Source: Crocosphaera subtropica ATCC 51142 (GTDB lineage: Bacteria; Cyanobacteriota; Cyanobacteriia; Cyanobacteriales; Microcystaceae). Taken from it: a stretch of 32,000 bases of DNA. Of this stretch, positions 24,969 to 32,000 are shown in pieces; within the stretch, counting starts at the first letter, position 1, and every line of letters begins with the position of its first letter. Location: the NCBI RefSeq assembly GCF_000017845.1, contig NC_010546.1:2010001-2042000 (forward strand). The letters run 5' to 3'. A model generated the notes under the pieces. The model was not told the DNA's origin. It made no database searches and was given only the letters and a program-made list of their open reading frames with translations. Both the position numbers and the translations under genes were made by a program.

Positions 24969-27900
24969 TTAATGTTGTGTCTGTTTTTCTTTCTCTTGGG
25001 ACACTTTAACTGTTCTCTGTTTTTTGTTTTTTCTTCCCTCAAAATCTTTTAATAACCCCATCAATGCAGGAATAACTGTGGGGGTTAAAAAGGTAGATAA
25101 AATTAACCCTCCGGTTAACGCAATACCTAACCCTTGATAAAGTTCGGCCCCTTTTCCTGGAATAATAGCTAAAGGTAACATCCCTAAAACACTGGTGCCG
25201 GCGGACATAAAAATAGGTCGTAAGCGATCGCCCACTGCATAATATAAAGAAGCATCATATTCGACTCCTTCTGCTTGCAGTTGCAACGCCCGATCCACCA
25301 GTAAAATAGCATTATTAACCACAACACCTGTCAAAATAACAAATCCTAACCCGGTAATCATATCCAAAGGTACCACAACCCCAGGAATAGCATTGGCCAA
25401 CACTAAACTTAACAGGGCCCCAGTCATTCCCATCGGAACCGTTGCCATAATTAATAGAGGGTAAACAAAGGAACGATACAAAGCAACCAAGAGTAAATAG
25501 GTGATCACCAAAGATAAGACAAAAGTTGCCCCCAACTGAAACAAGGTTTCTGCTAAAACATCGGCAGATCCCCCTAATTCTAAGCGCACACCAGGGGGTA
25601 AATTCGCCCGTAACGGCTCTAAAATCTCTGTTTCGGTTTGACCCACCAAGGCCCCTAAAGGGGCCTCTCTACCCACGCTTACAGTTAGGGTAATAGACCG
25701 TTCTAAGTCCACATGGTTAATGGCATCAGGTCCAGTGGTTTCCATCACCTCAGCGACATCCGATAGTTGGACTAATTGACCTTGACCATTGTACATGGCT
25801 AGTTGTCGCAGTTGGTCAGGGTTGCTGACAAAGGTATCTTTGAGTTCGACGCTAACGTTTAATTCTCGTTTCCCGTCCACAAACTCCGAGGCCCGTAAAC
25901 CACCTAAAGCACTTTGTACCATCGATCCAATTTCTGACTCCGATAACCCGGCCTCTGCTAAACGTTCTCGGTTCGGGATCACTTGTAATTCTGGCGCACC
26001 GGTGACAAAATTAGAGCGAACATTTTCTACACCCGGTAATTCTCGAATTTCTTGGTTAAGTTGTCCCTGTAGTTCATTTAATTCCTCTAAGTTTTCTCCT
26101 ATAATTTGTACTTCAAACTCTTTCCCCGGATCATTAAAAATTGAGGCCCTGATAGGAACCATAAACCGATACCCAGGATACTCTAAACTTTTGCTACGGA
26201 GTCGGTTAACTAAACTATCTAAAGTGTTTCCCGTTGCTTGATCCGGATGGACAAAGGCGGCAATAATACGTCTTCCTGGCCGATGAACATACAAGGTTCT
26301 CATAATTTCTGGTTGTTCACTGACGAACTTTCTCGCCGGTTCGGACTGTTCGATAGCTTCAGGAATGCTGGTTCCAGGAAAGGGTTCAGCTAACCATAAA
26401 ATCAGGTTGCGGTTGCCTTGGGGTAAATAGTCTGGTGGGGGTAAAATTTGCAAACTCACTACAATTAAAGCGAGGGGAATGGCTAAAATGAGTAAGCGAC
26501 GTTTAACTTTACCTTTTCCTAAAGACCATTGAACGGTTTTGAGGAGAAAATCTTCTAATTTTCCTTGTCCTGTCCGAAATATAGTGGAAGTTTGAGCTAC
26601 TTTCCTCTCTAACCAGTTACCCCCTTGATGGTTCACTTCTGCTAACATTTGCTCTGCTTCTGTTCGGTTTAAAAACAGTCCGGCTAACATGGGAACTAAA
26701 GTTAACGCAGCCAATAACGAGAATAAAACAGAGGAAGATAAGGCGATACCAATATCAAAGAATAATTGTCCGGCTTCCCCCGTTACAAGAATAATAGGCG
26801 CAAATACCGCTACCGTGGTTAAGGTAGACGCTAACATGGCCCCACCCACTTCCTGAGTGCCATCAATAGCAGCTTTCATAGGAGTTTTACCCTGCTGCAT
26901 ATGGGTAAAAATGTTTTCAAGGACAACGATCGCATTATCGACAACCATTCCCACCGCAAAGGCTAAACCAGCTAAACTAATAACGTTGAGGGTGCGGCCC
27001 AGTAAAAAGAAGACAATAAAAACAGTAATTAAAGTAGTCGGAATAGCGATCGCAATAACCCCAACTGTCCTTAATGACCCCAAAAATAACAGTAAGATAA
27101 GGGCTGCGAGGATCGCACCCATGATCAGGTTACTCTGCACAAAGGAGATAGATGCGTTGATATAGTCATTTTCGTCATAGGTAATATCGAAAGTGATCCC
27201 TTCTCCTTCGCGGTCAAACCGTTGTTCTAAGTCTGTCAATGCTGCGCGAATACCGGCGGAAATTTCGGGAACATTACCCCCTACTTGTCGCATAATACCA
27301 ATACCCACCGCAGGCTCATTATTTCTCACTAAAGCCCGATCTTGGATCGCCCTTCCCATACGCGCTTGGGCCACGTCTCCTAAATAAACGGTTCCTGACT
27401 CATCCCGACGCAAGACAAACCCTTCTAACTGCTTCACGTCATTAATACGACTGAGGGTCCTCACTCGATATTCCCGTCTTCCCAACACCAAAGGGCCCCC
27501 ACGAATATCCCTATTATTGTTACGGAGGGTACTTACTACATCTCCTATGGTAAGGTTGCGATCGGCCAACGCTTTGGGATCAACAATAACCTCGACTTCC
27601 CTTTCTCGTCCCCCGGAGATAAGAAACTGTCCTACCCCTTGTACTTGTCGCAAACGGGGAACGACTACATCATCTACTAAGTCCCGATAATGGTATTCAT
27701 CAGGGGTGTAGCCTTCTTTGGGGATTAATATAACCCACATCATGGGACTACTGCTACCGCTTACCACTTCTACGTTAGACTCGTCTGCTTCGGTGGGAAG
27801 GGCCTCTACTTGTTGCAATTTATTGAGAACATCGATTAAACTGCGGTCAATGTCGGTGTTCCAGGTAAACTCAACACTAATGTTACTGGTTCCGTTGCTG

Positions 27901-28151
27901 CTGGTACTGCTGATCTCTTGTATTCCTTGAACTTCTTCTAAACGTTCCTCAATGGGACGAGTGACCAAGTCTTCCACTTCTGCCGGACTTGCGCCGGGGT
28001 AAGGGGTGGTAATGGTAATTTCTGGGCGATCGCCGCCGGGTTGTAATTCTAAGGGTAAGTTAAATAGGGATAAGATACCGAATATTGCCAATAAAGCAAA
28101 CAAAACCCCTGTCCCATGTCGCCAGCGAACGGCTGTTTTAATTAAACTCAT
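24969..28151 (-). CDS. RND efflux transporter permease (AcrB/AcrD/AcrF family)
   Basis: The protein is 1060 aa with 12-TM architecture and two large periplasmic loops. AcrB-family motifs are present, for example AFAVGMVVDNAIVVLENI. Confidence 0.92.
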   Translation of the reverse strand: MSLIKTAVRWRHGTGVLFALLAIFGILSLFNLPLELQPGGDRPEITITTPYPGASPAEVEDLVTRPIEERLEEVQGIQEISSTSSNGTSNISVEFTWNTDIDRSLIDVLNKLQQVEALPTEADESNVEVVSGSSSPMMWVILIPKEGYTPDEYHYRDLVDDVVVPRLRQVQGVGQFLISGGREREVEVIVDPKALADRNLTIGDVVSTLRNNNRDIRGGPLVLGRREYRVRTLSRINDVKQLEGFVLRRDESGTVYLGDVAQARMGRAIQDRALVRNNEPAVGIGIMRQVGGNVPEISAGIRAALTDLEQRFDREGEGITFDITYDENDYINASISFVQSNLIMGAILAALILLLFLGSLRTVGVIAIAIPTTLITVFIVFFLLGRTLNVISLAGLAFAVGMVVDNAIVVLENIFTHMQQGKTPMKAAIDGTQEVGGAMLASTLTTVAVFAPIILVTGEAGQLFFDIGIALSSSVLFSLLAALTLVPMLAGLFLNRTEAEQMLAEVNHQGGNWLERKVAQTSTIFRTGQGKLEDFLLKTVQWSLGKGKVKRRLLILAIPLALIVVSLQILPPPDYLPQGNRNLILWLAEPFPGTSIPEAIEQSEPARKFVSEQPEIMRTLYVHRPGRRIIAAFVHPDQATGNTLDSLVNRLRSKSLEYPGYRFMVPIRASIFNDPGKEFEVQIIGENLEELNELQGQLNQEIRELPGVENVRSNFVTGAPELQVIPNRERLAEAGLSESEIGSMVQSALGGLRASEFVDGKRELNVSVELKDTFVSNPDQLRQLAMYNGQGQLVQLSDVAEVMETTGPDAINHVDLERSITLTVSVGREAPLGALVGQTETEILEPLRANLPPGVRLELGGSADVLAETLFQLGATFVLSLVITYLLLVALYRSFVYPLLIMATVPMGMTGALLSLVLANAIPGVVVPLDMITGLGFVILTGVVVNNAILLVDRALQLQAEGVEYDASLYYAVGDRLRPIFMSAGTSVLGMLPLAIIPGKGAELYQGLGIALTGGLILSTFLTPTVIPALMGLLKDFEGRKNKKQRTVKVSQEKEKQTQH

Positions 28152-28270
28152 TTTTTTAGTGATAATTGCTATAATCTGGACTTGATAAACTTTTTTTAAT
28201 TTTTAAGATTCTCTTTAAGATTGTAGCAACTTTATAACTTAAAGTATCTTTGATTTTGTATATATAATGT

Positions 28271-28582
28271 ATAAAGGGACATCCTAGAAGTATAGAATTT
28301 GAGTGGGATGAACAGAAAAACAAAAACAATATTATTAAACATGGTATTTCGTTTCAAGAAGCAAAGGAAATATTTAAAGATCCCAGTCTCTTAACTTACA
28401 TAGACGATCGCTTTAACTATGAGGAAACAAGACAACTATCAATCGGTCAACTATTCTTACCTAAGCAGCCTATTATTATAGTTTTAGTAGTCCATACAGA
28501 CAGAAATGGAGTAACCAGAATTATATCTGCACGACGAGCAAGTAGAAAGAAGAGAAAATTCTATGAGCAACAATCACTTTAG
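28271..28582 (+). pseudogene. brnT: BrnT (DUF497) family toxin, with no in-frame canonical start codon
   Basis: The frame encodes IEFEWDEQKNKNNIIKHGISFQEAKEIFKDPSLL ... VTRIISARRASRKKRKFYEQ, the DUF497 signatures. It contains no in-frame ATG/GTG/TTG. The only nearby ATG (28267) is one nucleotide out of frame and terminates after 6 codons. Confidence 0.7.
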
Positions 28583-28763
28583 TCTTGATATGTCACCCGA
28601 AGAAAGACATAATAAGTTAGTCAATATGTCAGATGAAGACATAGACTATTCAGATATTCCTGAGCTTGATGAGGAATTTTTTAAGAATGCTAAATTGATA
28701 AAGGGAAAACCAGCTACAGAAGTGATGTCAATACGAACTAATACGGCTAAAAACAACCTCTAA
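28563..28763 (+). pseudogene. brnA: BrnA-like antitoxin, apparently truncated before the ribbon-helix-helix part
   Basis: DEDIDYSDIPELDEEFFKNAKLIKGKPATEVMSIR matches the N-terminal half of BrnA. The ORF then ends (TNTAKNNL) without the DNA-binding C-terminus. It overlaps the end of brnT by 20 nt, in the toxin-first order typical of BrnTA. Confidence 0.55.
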
Positions 28764-28815
28764 ACCACTGTACCTTATACCATTTTCATTAACTTGGATT
28801 ACAGATGTAAATGTT

Positions 28816-28843
28816 GTAGGGGTCAACGGTCGTTGACCCCTAC
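28816..28843. repeat. Palindromic element GTAGGGGTCAACG-GT-CGTTGACCCCTAC
   Basis: A perfect 13-bp inverted repeat with a 2-nt spacer lies 53 nt after the brnA-like stop. Confidence 0.7.
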
Positions 28844-28896
28844 TTTAGTTTTGTCTTTATATTCAACATTTATACATTTTTTTAATATCAAAAATC

Positions 28897-29080
28897 TTAA
28901 GTGTAGTCTAACCTAAATTTAACTAAAGGCATCACGACTTTGTGAGAACTAGCTGACAAGAGATTAGGAGAAATTAAGGTTTCAAACTTTAGGCCATCAA
29001 CAATTATAGTTTGTTCTTCTAGATAAGCTAATATGTCTTTAACTTTAGGTTGGTTATTTTTACTTTTTTTTTGATTTCAT
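28897..29080 (-). pseudogene. Small ORF interrupted at an A9 homopolymer
   Basis: ATG AAA TCA is followed by A9 and a stop after 6 codons. With A8 instead, the frame runs 60 aa (MKSKKSKNNQPKVKDILAYLEEQTIIVDGLKFETLISPNLL...). I do not recognise the family. Confidence 0.3.
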
Positions 29081-29153
29081 AGTAGTCAATTAAATCGTAT
29101 TACTTTATATTTTTAATTATATAGCAGTACAAAAAAAATTGACCTTATTCTAA

Positions 29154-29170
29154 GGTGGGCATTGCCCACC
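29154..29170. repeat. Short palindromic element GGTGGGC-ATT-GCCCACC
   Basis: A perfect 7-bp stem is flanked by CTAA and CTAC. It shares the GGTGGG/CCCACCCTAC ends with the elements at 34-94 and 24899-24960. It lies 68 nt 3' of doxX. Confidence 0.6.
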
Positions 29171-29237
29171 CTACCATTTAAGAATTCTGTTACTCTTGAA
29201 AACCTACTAAAACATTTAAAAAATATTCAGATAAAAG

Positions 29238-29696
29238 TTAATTACGTTGATTTTTAAGCCAATTGTCAACAGAAAATCTATTAAAATTGACACCTGCTAA
29301 AAGAATAAACAGAACAATATTATAAATTAATTGACTACTTGCACCATCCCAATTTTGAATCATGGTAATACCATACATCAAAATTATCATGAGAATAAAA
29401 CAAACAATTAAAGCACTTCTTGTTAAAAATCCAACCGTAATCAAAGCACCAACAATTAACTCAACGGGTGGCACTAAACCAGCATTAATTCTTACTAAAA
29501 ATTCAGGAATTCCCGAATCTTGCATAGTAGTAACCATAGAATTAATAAAACTAGGGACATCAAAAATTCTGGTAAATCCGTGGTTAAAATAGTTAACCCC
29601 GACAACAATTCTAAGTAGGGTATAAGCTGCCACAATGTCTTTAGTTCTTAAACTAACTTGTGGTTTATTGTTAATGGTTGGTTTACTGTCTAACAT
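29238..29696 (-). CDS. DoxX family membrane protein
   Basis: The protein is 152 aa with four hydrophobic helices. The DoxX-like pattern includes LLRIVVGVNYFNHGFTRI and GLVPPVELIVGALITVGFLTR. Confidence 0.7.
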   Translation of the reverse strand: MLDSKPTINNKPQVSLRTKDIVAAYTLLRIVVGVNYFNHGFTRIFDVPSFINSMVTTMQDSGIPEFLVRINAGLVPPVELIVGALITVGFLTRSALIVCFILMIILMYGITMIQNWDGASSQLIYNIVLFILLAGVNFNRFSVDNWLKNQRN

Positions 29697-29711
29697 AATT
29701 TTAATAATTGA

Positions 29712-29732
29712 TCACTGGTCACTGGTCACTGA
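29712..29732. repeat. STRR-like heptamer tandem repeat (TCACTGG TCACTGG TCACTGA)
   Basis: Three consecutive 7-nt units lie in the 39-nt spacer between the adaptor stop and the doxX start. Confidence 0.7.
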
Positions 29733-29735
29733 TAA

Positions 29736-31295
29736 CTAACTTTTAATAATGGTCACCGTAGTATCATCTTGTAAGCCATCTCCTCCTTTTATTACAATCG
29801 ATTGACCTTGTTTAAGTTGGGGATGACTGATAATAACATCTTCTCCAAGATCCTCAATTAACTCCACTTCTAACTGTTCTACCTGATTATTATTAACGGT
29901 AAATAATAACCATTGATCCCCCCGTCGGGTTAAGGCATCCCTGGGAATGGTAAAGGTATTTTTATTAAGAATAGGCATCATTAAATCAGCTTGAATAGCC
30001 ATCCCTGGCAACAATTTTTCAGGGGGATTACTAAGACTAACTCTCACTAATTGTCGCCGAGAATTACTATTTGCAGAAGGTACAACTGCGGTAATTTGAG
30101 TTAGTTGTTCCCAGTTTGGTAACGCCCTGGCGAATAAATTGACCTGCATTCCTTGGCTTACTTGTCCACTCAAACTTTCAGGAATTTCTAAGAAAATATC
30201 TAATGAGCGATCGCTAACTAAACTTAAAATCGGGTCATTCACCTCTACATAGTCCCCTGGGTCTGCTTGCCGTGACTGAACGACCCCTGACACAGAGGCC
30301 CTTATTTTCGTCCGTTCTAGGCGCAATTTCGCCTGTTCTACGGCAGCTTGAGCAGCCTTAACCACCCCTCGCTGTGCGTCCATTTCTTCTTTCGTTGGCC
30401 CGGCTTGAGCCTCTGCTAGAATAGCAGTGACCCGAAGGCGATCGCTTTTGGCATTATCCACACGGGTTTGTGCTTGAGCAATATCTTTGCGAGTTGAGGT
30501 TTCTTCGGCTTTTAAGGAAGCTTCGGCCCGTAATCTTTGGTTACGAGTTTCATCAGCCCTGGCTTCAGCTTCCACTAATGCCCTTTCCGATAAAGCCCCT
30601 TCTAAGCTTAATCCTTTAATCCGTTGCAGGTTATCTTTTGCTTCTTTTTCCCGACTTCTGGCTGCTTCAAGTTCCGCTTGACGTTGCATCATTAAATCAG
30701 GTTGCAGGGAAATTAAACGCTCTAAGTTGTCCTGTGCTTCTCTTTCCCTTGCTTGGGCTGCGGTTAACTCTGCCTTACGTTGAGCGATAATTTCGGAACG
30801 GGTTCCCACTTCTAAGCGTTCTAGATTACTCTGTTCTTGTACTAATCTAGCTTGAGCTTCAGCTAGAGCAATTTGACCATCAGCATCGTCTAAAATAGCT
30901 ACTATCATCCCTGGGGTGACGTTATCCCCTTCCTTAACTAAAATTTTCTCTACCGTTCCTGCAACTTGAGAACTGAGGGTAGCTTTTGCTCCGGCTTCCA
31001 CTTGGCCCAGTAACCTAACCTGTCTACTTCCTGCTCCTGAGCTTAACATCACCGTTTCCACCGGTTTAGGTGGTGGGGTTTGATTGTCTGTTTGTGGTGT
31101 TGGGGTGAAGAAAGAGGGAACAATTTGCCAAAGGATTATACCCCCACCGAACAGAGTAACCCCTATTAACCATCTAGGAAATTTACTTTTTTTCGGTTGA
31201 TTGGCTTTCTTTTCTTCTTGTTGTTCTTCAAACTCAAGTTTTGAAGCTGATAATTGTTCTGAGGAAATGTCAGTTGATTTCATAGCCTTACTCAC
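29736..31295 (-). CDS. Efflux RND transporter periplasmic adaptor (membrane fusion protein, HlyD family)
   Basis: The protein is 519 aa. It has an N-terminal TM (WLIGVTLFGGGIILWQIV), a lipoyl-like motif VKEGDNVTPGMIVAILDD, a long internally repeated coiled coil and a C-terminal beta-barrel region. Confidence 0.88.
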   Translation of the reverse strand: MSKAMKSTDISSEQLSASKLEFEEQQEEKKANQPKKSKFPRWLIGVTLFGGGIILWQIVPSFFTPTPQTDNQTPPPKPVETVMLSSGAGSRQVRLLGQVEAGAKATLSSQVAGTVEKILVKEGDNVTPGMIVAILDDADGQIALAEAQARLVQEQSNLERLEVGTRSEIIAQRKAELTAAQAREREAQDNLERLISLQPDLMMQRQAELEAARSREKEAKDNLQRIKGLSLEGALSERALVEAEARADETRNQRLRAEASLKAEETSTRKDIAQAQTRVDNAKSDRLRVTAILAEAQAGPTKEEMDAQRGVVKAAQAAVEQAKLRLERTKIRASVSGVVQSRQADPGDYVEVNDPILSLVSDRSLDIFLEIPESLSGQVSQGMQVNLFARALPNWEQLTQITAVVPSANSNSRRQLVRVSLSNPPEKLLPGMAIQADLMMPILNKNTFTIPRDALTRRGDQWLLFTVNNNQVEQLEVELIEDLGEDVIISHPQLKQGQSIVIKGGDGLQDDTTVTIIKS

Positions 31296-31490
31296 CGTTG
31301 GGTTTGGGGGTAACTTGTCTACAACTTTAATTTATATTAATTTTTATTTACAAATTTTACCAAAATTTAACTAAAAGGGTGAACAAGATGAGGCCGTACA
31401 TTCATCAATCTTGCGGATGAAAAAAGATGCAAACTAAGGCAAGATTCTTGATAACCTAGTAGTATTGTTAGCTCCTTCAGTGCAGAATGA

Positions 31491-32000
31491 ATGTCTACCA
31501 ACGACGATCGCTTTGAGATCAAATTTTGGGGAGTTCGAGGTAGTATCCCCTGTCCAGGAACCCAAACCGTCCGTTATGGCGGTAATACGTCCTGTGTAGA
31601 AATGCGTGTCGGCAAGGAGAGATTAATCTTTGATGGAGGGACGGGACTGAGGATTTTAGGGGAGTCTTTATTATCAGAAATGCCAGTAACCGGTCATTTG
31701 TTTTTCACCCATTCTCACTGGGATCATATTCAAGGATTTCCTTTTTTTGCCCCTGCATTTATTCCTGGCAATCAGTTTCATATTTATGGCTTACCAGCCC
31801 CTAATGGCGCAACCATTAAGCAACGTCTTCATGATCAAATGTTACACCCTAATTTTCCCGTTCCCTTGCAAATTATGCAAGCTAATTTAGACTTTTATGA
31901 TATTGAAGCTAGGGAAATTATTAAGATTAACGATATTACCATCGAAACAGGAAAATTAAATCATCCAGGAGAAGCTTTAGGATATCGGGTAACGTATCAA
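31491..32000 (+). CDS. MBL-fold metallo-hydrolase (partial, runs off the window)
   Basis: The translation from the ATG at 31491 is MSTNDDRFEIKFWGVRGSIPCPG...GGNTSCVEM...FFTHSHWDHIQGFPFF, which contains the HxHxDH metallo-beta-lactamase motif. The frame is open to the window end, so it is absent from the ORF track. Confidence 0.8.
   Translation, partial: MSTNDDRFEIKFWGVRGSIPCPGTQTVRYGGNTSCVEMRVGKERLIFDGGTGLRILGESLLSEMPVTGHLFFTHSHWDHIQGFPFFAPAFIPGNQFHIYGLPAPNGATIKQRLHDQMLHPNFPVPLQIMQANLDFYDIEAREIIKINDITIETGKLNHPGEALGYRVTYQ

Noticed and set aside
25789-27930. Four plus-strand ORFs within the RND pump gene. Similar antisense ORFs lie in cph1 (4080-4963), dnaK (23251-24011), the adaptor (30487-30681) and doxX (29362-29592).
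   Set aside because: All are antisense or off-frame relative to long, well-supported genes. None has a recognisable domain or RBS.
1-32000. A scan for CRISPR arrays, IS elements or transposases, integrases, phage genes and known defence-system hallmarks.
   Set aside because: I found no regularly spaced direct repeats of 25-40 nt and no DDE or serine/tyrosine recombinase-like ORFs. The only mobile-type material is decayed toxin-antitoxin debris and short palindromic repeats.

Overview
The window looks like a chromosomal segment from a low-GC cyanobacterium, probably a unicellular Cyanothece/Crocosphaera-like organism. That placement is inference. It rests on about 20 perfect HIP1 octamers (GCGATCGC) counted by eye, STRR-like heptamer repeats, a Cph1/Rcp1 phytochrome pair and a helical carotenoid protein. 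Most of the content is core housekeeping: tRNA-Ala(UGC), trhO, cbiD, cph1-rcp1, gntK, yqeK, a Wzc-like gene followed by murJ, a cation/proton antiporter, mreBCD, ssb, tRNA-Asp, dnaK, an RND pump with its membrane-fusion adaptor, and a partial MBL-fold hydrolase at the 3' edge. I found no CRISPR array, transposase, integrase, prophage or recognisable defence island. The parts worth a second look are as follows. (1) A small membrane protein appears to join a single KtrB/TrkH-type pore loop to one RCK_C domain. (2) An AT-rich, tightly packed cassette encodes an unknown DxD protein, gluconokinase and a Uma2 endonuclease. (3) A fatty-acid-hydroxylase/SDR fusion is translationally coupled to a FlaR-like P-loop NTPase. 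(4) The conserved N-terminus of mreC has no ATG/GTG/TTG start. (5) A Wzc-like protein lacks the C-terminal tyrosine cluster and sits behind a 390-nt structured leader. (6) The RND adaptor and pump genes are separated by doxX, decayed BrnT/BrnA and ParE toxin-antitoxin remnants and palindromic dispersed repeats. All functional calls come from reading the translations and motif memory. No searches were run.
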